Origin: Halobacteriaceae archaeon | Lineage (GTDB): Archaea > Halobacteriota > Halobacteria > Halobacteriales > Halobacteriaceae | NCBI GenBank assembly: GCA_042216675.1 | Contig: JBDGTS010000050.1 | Span: forward strand, 1-29,145 | Direction: 5' to 3' | Length of the DNA stretch: 29,145 nucleotides | Part shown: positions 8,886 to 18,059 of the stretch, piece after piece | Numbering within the stretch: position 1 is the stretch's first letter | How the letters are laid out: the number at the start of each line of letters is the position of its first letter | The notes under the pieces: model-generated | Told to the model about the DNA's origin: nothing | Seen by the model: the letters and a program-made list of their open reading frames with translations, nothing else | The model's database searches: none | Made by a program: the position numbers and the translations under genes

Positions 8886-9636
8886 CGTACTCCCAGTCGC
8901 GGAGCGCCTGTCGCACGAAGTCGCCTTCTACGTCCCGATAGAGGTTCTCGCTCCCGTCGTGGTCGCCGAACTCCCAGTCGCGCACGACGACGACGGGCGT
9001 GCCGTCGTCGCCCTCGCCGGTGACGAGGTTCGCCGTCGCCGCGAGTTCGTCCACGACGCTCTCGACTGTCACCGCGAGTTCGTGGCCGTCGCGGTCCGTC
9101 TCGCCGCGCCAGTCGCGACTGGCGGGCATGCCGGTCCAGCCGAGTGCGACCCCACGCTGACCGTGGCGGAACGGGCGCCCGCAGGTGTCGGTGACGATGA
9201 CCGCGGGGTCGGCGTCGAGGCTCGCACGGATGCGCTCGGCGCTCTCGCTCGGTCGCTTCGGGAGCAACAAGAGGTCCTCGCCGCCCGTGTTCGAGCGGTC
9301 GATGCCCGCGTTGACGCCGACGTGGCCGAAGCGCGTCTCCGTGAGCAGGAACGGTCCGTCCGTGATGAGGTCCGTCGACTCCTCGAGGACGGCCTGTGCG
9401 AAGCGCGGGTCCTTCTCCTCGCCGGTGCGTTCCTCGATGCGGGTGGCTATCTCCCGGGCGCGGGGGCCGGCCGGGAAGTCGTCGAGCGACGCCGCCCGCC
9501 CCTCCGCCTTCGAGACGATGGTGCTGGCGACGAGAATCACGTCGTCGTCGCGGACCTCGGTCCGGTCGGCCACGAGGGCGCCCACGTCGTCCTCCGGGCC
9601 GATTTCGGGCAGGTCCGGCACCGCGAACGCGTGCAT
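8872..9636 (-). CDS. cofE: Coenzyme F420-0:L-glutamate ligase
   Basis: ASTIVSKAEG, NAGIDRSN, VIVTDTCGRPFRHGQRGVALG, DELAATANLVTGEG. True start is ATG 9636 after TTTAAC (9663-9658); the ORF-track extension to 10941 is spurious. Confidence 0.95.
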   Translation of the reverse strand: MHAFAVPDLPEIGPEDDVGALVADRTEVRDDDVILVASTIVSKAEGRAASLDDFPAGPRAREIATRIEERTGEEKDPRFAQAVLEESTDLITDGPFLLTETRFGHVGVNAGIDRSNTGGEDLLLLPKRPSESAERIRASLDADPAVIVTDTCGRPFRHGQRGVALGWTGMPASRDWRGETDRDGHELAVTVESVVDELAATANLVTGEGDDGTPVVVVRDWEFGDHDGSENLYRDVEGDFVRQALRDWEYDAGD

Positions 9637-9717
9637 ACCTCCCGTTTCGCACGCCGCGTTAAAGGCGCGACGGTCGCGGCCACCGGCTTTCAAGGCCGCG
9701 CGCGCCCACTCGCCGCC

Positions 9718-10944
9718 ATGGAGGAGACAGCAGTCGTCACCTGCTTTCTCCGGAACGGCGCGGCGGTGCTTCTCTTCCGCCGGAGCGAGGGGGTCGGCTC
9801 GTACTCGGGCCGCTGGGGCGCCGTCGCCGGCCACGCGGAGGGCGACCCGGACGCCGCCGCCCGCGAGGAAATCGCCGAGGAGGCGGGCCTCGCCGACGCC
9901 GTCTCCCTCGTCCGGCGCGGCGACCCATTTCCCGTCGAGGACCGCGACCGGGGAACCCGGTGGCTGGTCCATCCGTATCTCTTCGACTGCGAATCCCGCG
10001 AGGTGACCACGAACTACGAGACGGCGGCCCACGAGTGGGTCCACCCGACCGAGATTCGCCGCCGCGACACGGTACCGGACCTCTGGGCGAGTTACGACGC
10101 CGTCCGGCCCACCGTCGAGACGGTGCGCGCCGACGAGACCCACGGGTCGGCCTACCTGTCGCTCCGGGCCGTCGAGGTCCTGCGCGACGAGGCGGCCATC
10201 GCAGACGACTGGGACGCCGTCGCGGAGACGGCCCGCGAACTCCGCGCCGCCCGCCCGTCGATGACGGCGGCGCGGGTCCGCGTCGACCGGACGATGGCGA
10301 GGGCTGACCGGACGCCCGCGGCCGTCGAACGCGCCGCGCGGTCGGTCCTCGACGATGCCGTGGACGCCGACGAACGGGCCGCCGAGGCCGCGGCCCGCCG
10401 CCTCGACGGCACGGTGGCGACCCTCTCCCGGTCGGGGACGGTCCGCACGGCCCTCGAACGCGCGGTGCCCGACGCGGCTCTGCTCCCCGAGTCCCGGCCC
10501 GGCCGCGAGGGCGTCGCCGTCGCCGAGTCGCTGGCCGAGGCGGGTCTCGACGTGACACTCACCAGCGACGCCGCGCTTCCGGGCCTGCTCGACGGCGCGG
10601 ACGCCGCCCTCGTCGGCGCGGACGCCGTTCGCCCCGGGGGCGCGGTCGTGAACAAGGTGGGCACCTATCCGCTTGCGCTGGCCGCCGACCGGGCGGGGAT
10701 TCCGCTGTTCGCCGTCTGCGCCCGCGACAAAATCGGTTCCGGCGGGGGCGACGCGGGAACCGCGCCCGACATCTACGACGGCGAGGCGGCCCTGACCGTC
10801 GAGAACCCCCTGTTCGAGCGGGTGCCTCCGGACCTCGTGACTGTCGTCACCGAGGACGGAGCGCTCGACGCCGACGACGTGCGCGCCGTCGCCGCGGAGC
10901 ACCGGGCGCTGGCGGACTGGGACACAGACCGGGACGCCCAATAG
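9718..10944 (+). CDS. NUDIX domain fused to eIF2B/R15P-isomerase-like domain
   Basis: N-terminal VVTCFLR...WGAVAGHAEG...REEIAEEAGL Nudix; C-terminal ESRPGREG, VGADAV, VVNKVGTYPLALAA, NPLFE, VVTEDG of the IF-2B family. ATG 9718. Confidence 0.9.
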   Translation: MEETAVVTCFLRNGAAVLLFRRSEGVGSYSGRWGAVAGHAEGDPDAAAREEIAEEAGLADAVSLVRRGDPFPVEDRDRGTRWLVHPYLFDCESREVTTNYETAAHEWVHPTEIRRRDTVPDLWASYDAVRPTVETVRADETHGSAYLSLRAVEVLRDEAAIADDWDAVAETARELRAARPSMTAARVRVDRTMARADRTPAAVERAARSVLDDAVDADERAAEAAARRLDGTVATLSRSGTVRTALERAVPDAALLPESRPGREGVAVAESLAEAGLDVTLTSDAALPGLLDGADAALVGADAVRPGGAVVNKVGTYPLALAADRAGIPLFAVCARDKIGSGGGDAGTAPDIYDGEAALTVENPLFERVPPDLVTVVTEDGALDADDVRAVAAEHRALADWDTDRDAQ

Positions 10945-10956
10945 GCCCGAGAGCGT

Positions 10957-10975
10957 ACCGCCGCGTGGCGGCGGT
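10957..10975. terminator. GC-rich hairpin downstream of the NUDIX-eIF2B gene
   Basis: accgccgc-gtg-gcggcggt, 8-bp stem, 12 nt after the stop; function inferred only. Confidence 0.35.
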
Positions 10976-11054
10976 GACGATTGTTACCCCCTCCGAGCCC
11001 CGTGTGACGAGAACGGGCACGCCGAGCCGCCACCTCTCTTTGAACTGCCGAGCG

Positions 11055-11170
11055 CCGCGTCTGGCGAACCGGGGCGGACAGCGTGCCCCGTCTGGCGAAC
11101 CGGGGCGGACAGCGTGCCCCGTCTGGCGAACCGGGGCGGACAGCGTGCCCCGTCTGGCGAACCGGGGCAC
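11055..11170. repeat. 31-bp tandem repeat x3.7, each unit palindromic
   Basis: Unit ccccgtctggcgaaccggggcggacagcgtg starting at 11055 (one mismatch), 11086, 11117 and 11148 (partial); last unit forms gtgccccg-N10-cggggcac. Confidence 0.97.
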
Positions 11171-11179
11171 ACTTCCCCC

Positions 11180-11797
11180 TCAGAAGAACTGCTTCAAATC
11201 GTCGCGCTTCGCGTCGTCGAGGTGCCGTCGCACGGCGTCGTTGAGGGCGTCGATGCGGCCCTGCTTGGCCACGATGGGGGCGATGGTCTCGGGGTACTGC
11301 TGCCACGGCGGCACGAGGCCGAAGCGGTCCGCGATGGCGTTCAGGCGCTCGTCCCTGTCGTCGACCTTGTCCATCTTGTTCACGGCGATGACGGGTTCCA
11401 CGCCCACGTCCTTCAGGAAGTAGTACAGTTCGACGGTGTGTGGCACCTCGTCCTCGCCGGAGTGGCGGTCGATGATGTCCACCGCCGCCTTCCCGTCGAG
11501 GACGATGACGCCGACGCGAATCTCGTCGGCGTTGTCCTCGACGTAGCGCACCACGTCCGTCTTGATCTGCTCGCGGGTCTCCTCGGGGACGCCGGACATG
11601 AAGCCGAAGCCGGGGAGGTCCGTGATGACGAAGTCGGCGGAGGCCCAGTCGTAGTGGTTCGGCTGTCGGGTGACGCCGGGCTTGCGCCCCGTCGTGACGC
11701 TGTGGCCCGTCAGCTCCCGCATCAGTGTCGACTTGCCGACGTTTGACCGCCCGAGGAGGACGACCTCGTCCGCTCGGTTCGGGCGCGTCTCGAACAT
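11180..11797 (-). CDS. engB: GTP-binding protein EngB
   Basis: G1 GRSNVGKS, G2 PGVT, G3 DLPGFG, G4 NKMD. ATG 11797 after CTTTTAC. Confidence 0.95.
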   Translation of the reverse strand: MFETRPNRADEVVLLGRSNVGKSTLMRELTGHSVTTGRKPGVTRQPNHYDWASADFVITDLPGFGFMSGVPEETREQIKTDVVRYVEDNADEIRVGVIVLDGKAAVDIIDRHSGEDEVPHTVELYYFLKDVGVEPVIAVNKMDKVDDRDERLNAIADRFGLVPPWQQYPETIAPIVAKQGRIDALNDAVRRHLDDAKRDDLKQFF

Positions 11798-11882
11798 GGC
11801 CGCTCGTAGGTGACGGGCGAGTAAAAGGACGCCGACACGGTGAGCAGGGTTCATGTGGCTGGCCCTCTCAGCCACCGACATT

Positions 11883-13481
11883 ATGGCACAATCCGACATC
11901 GACGCCAACCGCCGCCGCGTGCTGCAGGCCCTCTCGGCGGCGGGCGGCGTCGGCCTCGCCGGCTGTTCCGGCGGTGGCGGCGACGACGCGACGACGACGG
12001 CGACGGCCACGCCGACGCAGACGCAGACGGCCACGCCGACGCAGACGGCCACGCCGACGCAGACGGCCACGCCGACGCCGACGACGACCGAGGTGGACCT
12101 GCCGAACATCGAGCGACGGACGATTCAGCGCGACCGACCGGCCATCAAGCACGTCCGCAAACTCGTCACCGGGACGCTCACGTGGTCGACCATCCAGTGG
12201 ATTCACAGCGTCGACCCGAAACTGCTGGGCGCCTGGGAGGACGCCGACGAGCGCATCGAGTTCAGCGACACCGGCGAGTTCAGACTCGAAACGGCAGAGG
12301 GCGTGACCACCGGCGGGTGGCGGACGGTCCGCGACGAACTCCAGTTCGACCCCGACGGCGGCGACATCTGGTACTACACCTACGAACTGACGACGACGGA
12401 CGGCCAGCAGGTCCTCGAAATCAGCCAAGACGGCTCTCTCGTCGGCCGGTACGGCAAAGTCGAGGACGGCACCGACTCGCGGGGCGCCGTCGAGGTGTTT
12501 CAGGACCTGCTGGCGCGACCCCACACCGACGACTCCACCGAGAGCGCCGACATCGAGGCCGGGTCCTCGGGCACCGGGTTCGTCGTCACCCCGGAGGGCC
12601 ACATCGTCACGAACGCCCACGTCGTCGGCGCCCATCGCACGCCGAAGCGCCGCCTGTTCAGGCGCTACGCGACCATCAGTCGCGACGCCATCCGCGAGTC
12701 GCTGGCCGGCGACGGGAACTACTCCGACGCCCAGAAAGAGCAGATCGAGGACATCCTCTACCAGAAGATGCTCTCCTACTACGGCGAGCGCGGCACCTTC
12801 TCGGACGTCTCCGAGGCCGTCGAGGTCCTCAATCGCCGCACTACGGAGACTGGCGAGGTGGCTGCCGACCGGTGGTCGGCGACCATCGAGGCCGAGGGCA
12901 CCGTCGTCACCGATACCGCCGACGGGAAGTCGTGGGGACCCGACGTGGCCATCCTCAAGGTCGATACGAGCCCGCTCCAGACCGTCTCCATCGGCAGTGC
13001 CACGAACCTCGGCACCGGCGCCAGCGTGTTCGTCATCGGCTACCCTGCCATCGGCGTCGACGAACTGTTCGCCGATACGGCCTCGAATCTGACGCCCTCG
13101 CTGACCTCCGGGGTCGTGAGCGCGCGTCGCACCCTCAACTCCGGCGTCGAGGCCATCCAGACGGACGCCGCCATCAACAGCGGCAACAGCGGTGGCCCCA
13201 TCTACGACGACGAGGGCACCGTCGTCGGCATCGCCACCTTCGGCCCGACGGACGTGGACCTCGAACAGATACAGTTCGGCCTCCCCATCGGAGTCGCCAC
13301 GTCGTTCATGGACCAACTCGGCATCGAGAACACGTCCAGCGAGATGGAGGCCACCTTCGAGGAGGGCCTCCGGGCCTACTGGCGCGACGACTGCGAGACG
13401 GCCACCGCGAAGATGGAGGCCGTCCTCGACGCCGCACCCCACCATCCCACGGCGCGGCAGTTCATCAGCGAGTGCGAGTGA
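11883..13481 (+). CDS. Tat-exported lipoprotein, trypsin-like (S1C/HtrA-type) serine protease without PDZ
   Basis: NRRRVL twin-arginine, LAGC lipobox, Thr/Pro linker, GTGFVV, TNAHVV (His), DVAILK (Asp), [14 protein letters not shown] (Ser). Confidence 0.92.
   Translation: MAQSDIDANRRRVLQALSAAGGVGLAGCSGGGGDDATTTATATPTQTQTATPTQTATPTQTATPTPTTTEVDLPNIERRTIQRDRPAIKHVRKLVTGTLTWSTIQWIHSVDPKLLGAWEDADERIEFSDTGEFRLETAEGVTTGGWRTVRDELQFDPDGGDIWYYTYELTTTDGQQVLEISQDGSLVGRYGKVEDGTDSRGAVEVFQDLLARPHTDDSTESADIEAGSSGTGFVVTPEGHIVTNAHVVGAHRTPKRRLFRRYATISRDAIRESLAGDGNYSDAQKEQIEDILYQKMLSYYGERGTFSDVSEAVEVLNRRTTETGEVAADRWSATIEAEGTVVTDTADGKSWGPDVAILKVDTSPLQTVSIGSATNLGTGASVFVIGYPAIGVDELFADTASNLTPSLTSGVVSARRTLNSGVEAIQTDAAINSGNSGGPIYDDEGTVVGIATFGPTDVDLEQIQFGLPIGVATSFMDQLGIENTSSEMEATFEEGLRAYWRDDCETATAKMEAVLDAAPHHPTARQFISECE
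12003..12080 (+). repeat. 18-bp in-frame repeats encoding (TATPTQ)n linker
   Basis: acggccacgccgacgc(ag) repeated four times after the lipobox. Confidence 0.9.
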
Positions 13482-13484
13482 GTC

Positions 13485-14186
13485 ATGACCAAACAGGCTC
13501 TCCGCGAACGCGTCTGGGACGAACTGGAGGCGAGTGGCGAGGCTCGCTTCCCGTTCCCGCCACACGGCCGCATCCCGAACTTCGCGGGCGCGGACGACGC
13601 GGCAGAGCGCCTCGCCGACACCCTCGCGTGGGCGTCGGCCGAGCGCCTGAAGGCGAACCCCGACGCGCCACAACTCCCGGCCCGGCGGCGCGCCCTCCGC
13701 GACGGCACGACGGTGTTCGTCGCCGTCCCGCGCCTCCGCGACGCCGACTGCTTCCGCCGCCTCGACCCCGACGTGACCGACGTGGACGACGCGACGACGG
13801 TGGGCGGTATCGACGACTACGGCGTGCCGGCCGGCCCCGAGGACGTGGGCCACGTCGACCTCATCCTCGTCGGGAGCGTCGCCGTCACCACCGACGGCGC
13901 CCGCGTCGGCAAGGGCGAGGGCTACAGCGACCTCGAATTCGCCGTCCTCTCCGAGTTCGACGCCGTGGACGAGACGACGACGGTGGCGACGACGGTCCAC
14001 GAGCGACAGGTCGTCGACGAGGACGTGCCGGTGGACGCCCACGATGTGCCCCTCGACGTCGTCGTGACGCCCGAGCGAACCATCGAAACTGAGACGCCTC
14101 ACGACCGGCCGGCCGGCGTCGACTGGGGCGCCCTCTCCGACGAGCGAGTCGCGGAGATGCCGGTGCTGGCCCGACTCGCGCCCTGA
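13485..14186 (+). CDS. 5-formyltetrahydrofolate cyclo-ligase family protein (archaeal COG0212-type)
   Basis: RFPFPPHGRIPNFAGA, KANPDAPQ, VGSVAV...GARVGKGEGYSDLE, TTVHERQ, HDVPLD. Confidence 0.92.
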   Translation: MTKQALRERVWDELEASGEARFPFPPHGRIPNFAGADDAAERLADTLAWASAERLKANPDAPQLPARRRALRDGTTVFVAVPRLRDADCFRRLDPDVTDVDDATTVGGIDDYGVPAGPEDVGHVDLILVGSVAVTTDGARVGKGEGYSDLEFAVLSEFDAVDETTTVATTVHERQVVDEDVPVDAHDVPLDVVVTPERTIETETPHDRPAGVDWGALSDERVAEMPVLARLAP

Positions 14187-14236
14187 CGCGGCCGGCACCG
14201 GAAGGAATTACAACCGAGCGACACGGACCCACCGGT

Positions 14237-14437
14237 ATGAGTGGTCTGTACAGCCTTTCCGCGTGGGTAACTCCCTTCGGCCTCTTCGAGAGCGAACGGC
14301 GGACCGAGAGCGACCTGTGGGCCGGGGACGACGTCCTCCTCGACCTCGTGGTGTACGCCGTCGTCCTCACGCTCGACCTCCTCACGCTCCCGCTGGCGGT
14401 GCTGTACTACGCTGGCGTCGGCCGAGCCGAGCAGTAG
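14237..14437 (+). CDS. Small hypothetical membrane protein (66 aa)
   Basis: Fills the gap between two genes, has a hydrophobic C-terminal half, GC3-rich codons and TATA-like gaattac about 30 nt upstream. Confidence 0.6.
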   Translation: MSGLYSLSAWVTPFGLFESERRTESDLWAGDDVLLDLVVYAVVLTLDLLTLPLAVLYYAGVGRAEQ

Positions 14438-14485
14438 CCGCCCTCGGAGCCGGGCGTTTATGCCACGCGCCTCCCACGTCGAAGC

Positions 14486-15817
14486 GTGCGCCTCGTACAG
14501 GTCATGGTTCCAGCCGGCAAGCGGGACGCCATCGTCGGCCTCCTCGACGAGGAGGACCTCGACTACGTCGTCACGGACGAGACGAGTGGCCGAGAGTTCG
14601 CCGCCGTCGTCTATTTCCCGCTCCCGACGGAGGGCGTCGAACCCATCCTCGACTCGCTTCGGGATCGAGGGCTGGACAAGGACTCCTACACCGTCGTCAT
14701 CGACGCCGAGACGGTCATCTCCAGTCGCTTCGAGGAACTCGAAGAGCGCTTCGCCGAGGACGAGGAGAACGGCGATAGAATCGCCCGCGAGGAACTCATC
14801 GCTCGCTCGAAGGACCTCTCGCCGTCGCTCCCGACGTTCCTCCTGATGACCGTCGTCAGCGGCGTCATCGCCACCGCGGGCCTCCTGCTCGACTCGCCCG
14901 CCGTCGTCGTCGGGTCGATGGTCATCGCGCCGTTGGTGGGCCCCTCGATGGCCGCGGCCGTCGGCACCGTCGTCAACGACCGGGACCTGTTCACCCGGGG
15001 CCTCAAACTCCAGATACTCGGCATGCTCGTCGCCGTCGGGAGCGCCGCGGCGTTCGCGTTACTGATACGCACCGTCCACCTCGTGCCGCCGCACCTCGAC
15101 GTCACCGCCATCCCCGAGGTGCGCGAGCGGTTGCTCCCTGACTTCCTCTCGCTGGTGGTGGCCCTCGGGGCCGGTATCGCGGGGGTCGTCAGCCTCTCGT
15201 CGGGCGTCTCGACGGCGCTCGTGGGCGTCATGATTGCCGTGGCCCTCGTCCCGCCGGCGGCGACGGTGGGTATCGCCCTGGCGTGGCAACTGCCGTGGGT
15301 CGGCCTCGGCGCGGGCGTGCTGGCGCTGGTGAACTGGCTCTCCATCAACCTCGCGGCGCTGGCGATGCTGTGGTATCGGGGCTACCGGCCGGGCCAGTGG
15401 TTCCGGCTCTCGGAGGCCCGGAGCGCCACGCTCACCCGCATCGGGGTGCTCGTGGCCGCCATCGCCGTCCTCTCGCTGTTCCTCGGGGGCGTGACGCTCG
15501 CCTCCTACCAGTCCTCGAACTTCGAGGAGCAGGTGCGCGACGAGTCGGCGGCGCTGGTGACGGAGGCGCCGTACGAGGACCTGACGGTCCTCTCCGTCGA
15601 GGTTCACTACGGCGACAGGGTCCCCTTCCGGGAGGTGGAACGCGTCGTCGTCACCGTCGGCCGGCCGACGGACCAGCAGTATCCCGGATTCGCGGAGGCG
15701 CTCCACCAGCGCATCGCGTCCGCGACTGGCCGGGACGTGGCGGTGCAGGTGCGACTGGAGACCATCGACCGGGCCGGGGCCGTCGCTCAGCCCTCGAAGG
15801 GGAGTTCGAGTTCGTAG
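14486..15817 (+). CDS. TIGR00341 / DUF389 family membrane protein
   Basis: IATAGLLLDSPAVVVGSMVIAPL, LVGVMIAVALVPPA, multiple TM segments. GTG start about 25 nt after TTTATG. Confidence 0.92.
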   Translation: MRLVQVMVPAGKRDAIVGLLDEEDLDYVVTDETSGREFAAVVYFPLPTEGVEPILDSLRDRGLDKDSYTVVIDAETVISSRFEELEERFAEDEENGDRIAREELIARSKDLSPSLPTFLLMTVVSGVIATAGLLLDSPAVVVGSMVIAPLVGPSMAAAVGTVVNDRDLFTRGLKLQILGMLVAVGSAAAFALLIRTVHLVPPHLDVTAIPEVRERLLPDFLSLVVALGAGIAGVVSLSSGVSTALVGVMIAVALVPPAATVGIALAWQLPWVGLGAGVLALVNWLSINLAALAMLWYRGYRPGQWFRLSEARSATLTRIGVLVAAIAVLSLFLGGVTLASYQSSNFEEQVRDESAALVTEAPYEDLTVLSVEVHYGDRVPFREVERVVVTVGRPTDQQYPGFAEALHQRIASATGRDVAVQVRLETIDRAGAVAQPSKGSSSS

Positions 15818-16791
15818 CCGACGGCCTCGATGGCCGCGTCGAGGGTTTCGTCGACGCCCTCGCCGTCCGTGACGCTCATGTAGTGGTCGGCCTCGACGCC
15901 CCTGTCGAGGTCCGCCTTGTTGCAGACGGTGACGATGGGCACGTCGAAGCGGCCGACGACTTCGTCGTGGAGGGTGCGCTGTGCGGAGAGCGGGTAGCCA
16001 CACGACCCGCTGGCGTCGTAGATGAACAGCACCGCGTCCGCGAGGTGGGTCATGGCGCTGGCGGCCTGTGACTCGATGGCGTTCCGCTCGGCCTGTGGCC
16101 TGTCGAGCATCCCCGGCGTGTCCACGATTTGGTACGTGATGTGGTCTCGCTCGACGTGGCCGACGAGAATACCCGTCGTCGTGAACGGGTACGACGCCGT
16201 CTCACTGCTCGTGCGCGTCACGGCGTTGACGAACGAGGACTTCCCGACGTTCGGATAGCCGGCGACCACGATAGCGGGCTTCTCCGCGTCGATTTCCGGC
16301 AGGTCACGGAGCGCGTTGCGGGCCTCCCCGACGGTGTGGAGGTCCGCTTCCACCTCCTCCACGACGTCGGCCATCCGGGCGAACGCCTGCTTGCGGAGTT
16401 TGCGGGCGCCGTCCGTCTCGTTCGGCAGGCGGCCGATGTACTCCCGCCCGAGGCGCTTCGTCGTGCGCGACGCCCACGAGATGTTCGCGAGGTGCCGCAC
16501 CACGGTGTCGAGACCGGGCGTCTCTATCTCGGCGTCCTCGGCGTCGATGTCGAGTTCGCGCCGGAGGACGGCGTCGCCGAACTCCCGGTAGAACGGGTCG
16601 ACGTCGCGGAAGTCCGGCCACCGTTGTGCGACGTTGCCGAGGTTGTCCGAGAGGACGTTCGAGGCCGTCATCAGCATCGACTTCTGGGCCTCGACTCCCT
16701 GCTTCGCCCGGCCCGCCCGCGCCGCACGCGAGAACGCCTGATCGATGAGTTCCTCCGCTGTGGGCGTCGTCGGGAGGTCCTCGAATATCAT
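15787..16791 (-). CDS. NOG1 family GTP-binding protein
   Basis: ELIDQAFSRA, GYPNVGKSS, YPFTT, DTPGMLDRP, ERNAIE, NKAD. ATG 16791 after CTTATAC. Confidence 0.95.
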   Translation of the reverse strand: MIFEDLPTTPTAEELIDQAFSRAARAGRAKQGVEAQKSMLMTASNVLSDNLGNVAQRWPDFRDVDPFYREFGDAVLRRELDIDAEDAEIETPGLDTVVRHLANISWASRTTKRLGREYIGRLPNETDGARKLRKQAFARMADVVEEVEADLHTVGEARNALRDLPEIDAEKPAIVVAGYPNVGKSSFVNAVTRTSSETASYPFTTTGILVGHVERDHITYQIVDTPGMLDRPQAERNAIESQAASAMTHLADAVLFIYDASGSCGYPLSAQRTLHDEVVGRFDVPIVTVCNKADLDRGVEADHYMSVTDGEGVDETLDAAIEAVGYELELPFEG

Positions 16792-16873
16792 GCCGGTACG
16801 TAGTCCGGCCACCGGTATAAGGGCGTTCGTTGTGGTCCGCCGCGCTTATGCCCGGCGCGCGCCGAAGTGGGGT

Positions 16874-17290
16874 ATGCGACTCCGCGCGGTCACTTTCGGC
16901 GTCGCCGTCTGTGCGCTTCTCGCGTTCTTTCTCGTCACCATTCCCCTCCTCGGCCACGCCGCCGTGGGCTTCGCGGGCGGCTTCGTCGGCGGCGTCCTCG
17001 CTGGCGGCGGGGCGCGTCCGGGCCTCCGGCACGGCGCCGCCATCGGGGGTATCGCCGGTATCGGGTCGCTCGCCCTCGGCGGCGCCCTCGCCGCGACGTT
17101 CGGCGTCACCGACTCGGTGCCGCCGCCCCTCGAACCGGTCGTTCCCCTCGGACTCGGCGACGCTGGCCTCGTCCTCCTCGGGTCGGCCACGCTCGTCCTC
17201 GTCGCCGCCGCCGCGGGCGCTCTCGGCGGGTGGCTCAGGGGTACTCGGGAGTTTCCGGGTCGGATGGAGGAGGAGCGAGCGGTGCGCTAG
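16874..17290 (+). CDS. Gly-rich membrane protein (DUF5518-like)
   Basis: Four hydrophobic segments, GFAGGFVGG...GLRHGA...GALGG pattern. ATG 16874 after CTTATG. Confidence 0.7.
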   Translation: MRLRAVTFGVAVCALLAFFLVTIPLLGHAAVGFAGGFVGGVLAGGGARPGLRHGAAIGGIAGIGSLALGGALAATFGVTDSVPPPLEPVVPLGLGDAGLVLLGSATLVLVAAAAGALGGWLRGTREFPGRMEEERAVR

Positions 17291-17574
17291 CGCCGCGTCC
17301 GGAGTTCCGCGCGCAGGTCCTCGACGTCGAGGTCGTGCATCGCCAACAGAACGAGCAGGTGATAGACGATGTCGGCGCTCTCGTGGACGATTTCCTGGTC
17401 GTCGCCGTCCTTCGCGGCCAACACCAGTTCCGTCGACTCCTCCCCCAACTTTTCGAGGACGGCGTTCTCGCCCTTCTCGTGTGTGAACAGCGACGCCGTG
17501 TAGGAGTCTTCGGGCAACTCGGCTTTCCGCTCCTCGACGATGGCGAACAGTTCGTCCAGTACGTCGTCGCTCAT
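17287..17574 (-). CDS. hisE: Phosphoribosyl-ATP diphosphatase
   Basis: SYTASLF, KLGEESTELVLAA, ESADIVYHLLVLL. Confidence 0.96.
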   Translation of the reverse strand: MSDDVLDELFAIVEERKAELPEDSYTASLFTHEKGENAVLEKLGEESTELVLAAKDGDDQEIVHESADIVYHLLVLLAMHDLDVEDLRAELRTRR

Positions 17575-18017
17575 AGGTCGACTACCTCCCGGATGTCCGT
17601 CAGTCCGTCGAGACGTGCCGCGGGTTCGTGCCCGGCCTCGAACACCGCCGGCGCCACCTCGATGGGGACGTCCGTCCGCGCCGCGAGCGCCAGCGAGTCG
17701 CTGGGTCGCGCGTCGACGGCCGCCTCGCCGCGGGGCGTGTCGAGGCGGAGCGTGGCGATGTAGGTGCCGTCCTCAACGTCGGTCACTTCGACGCCGGTGA
17801 CGCGGCCGCCCAGTTCCTCCATCACGTCCAGCAGGAGGTCGTGAGTCAGGGGTCGGCCCACGCCGCGGGCGTCGAGGCCGCGCACGATGCTCACCGCCTC
17901 GTCGACGCCGATGTAGATGGGCAGGCGGTCTGCCTCCTCCGCGACGGAGAGCACCACGACGGGCGTCGGGCCGCCGGGGGTGCCGGCGACCCGCACGCCT
18001 TCGATTGCTGCGTCCAT
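17571..18017 (-). CDS. Bifunctional nuclease family (DUF151) protein
   Basis: LPIYIG, RPLTHDLL, DARPSDSLALA. Confidence 0.93.
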   Translation of the reverse strand: MDAAIEGVRVAGTPGGPTPVVVLSVAEEADRLPIYIGVDEAVSIVRGLDARGVGRPLTHDLLLDVMEELGGRVTGVEVTDVEDGTYIATLRLDTPRGEAAVDARPSDSLALAARTDVPIEVAPAVFEAGHEPAARLDGLTDIREVVDL

Positions 18018-18059
18018 ACGCTCCCCTCGGCGGGGACCGGCAAAAGACTTCTCGGAGCG

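Noticed and set aside
7902-9636. Methanogenesis pathway implied by mer and cofE (plus npdG at 19178-19843)
   Set aside because: F420 biosynthesis and Mer-like enzymes are ordinary in haloarchaea; no methanogenesis core genes are present.
8872-10944. Apparent 689-aa and 661-aa overlapping fusion proteins
   Set aside because: Upstream extensions are antisense to the neighbouring gene; real starts at 9636 and 9718 have TATA-like boxes at leaderless spacing.
11055-11170. CRISPR array
   Set aside because: Units are directly adjacent and identical, with no unique spacers and no cas genes in the window.
10773-11423. ORFs with repeated peptides crossing the 31-bp array
   Set aside because: Produced by the non-triplet repeat cycling through frames; non-acidic and overlapping real genes.
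11840-14198. Very long alternative-frame and antisense ORFs (750 aa and 776 aa)
   Set aside because: Shadow ORFs of GC-rich coding DNA overlapping the protease and cyclo-ligase genes; Arg-rich or antisense-typical composition with no motifs.
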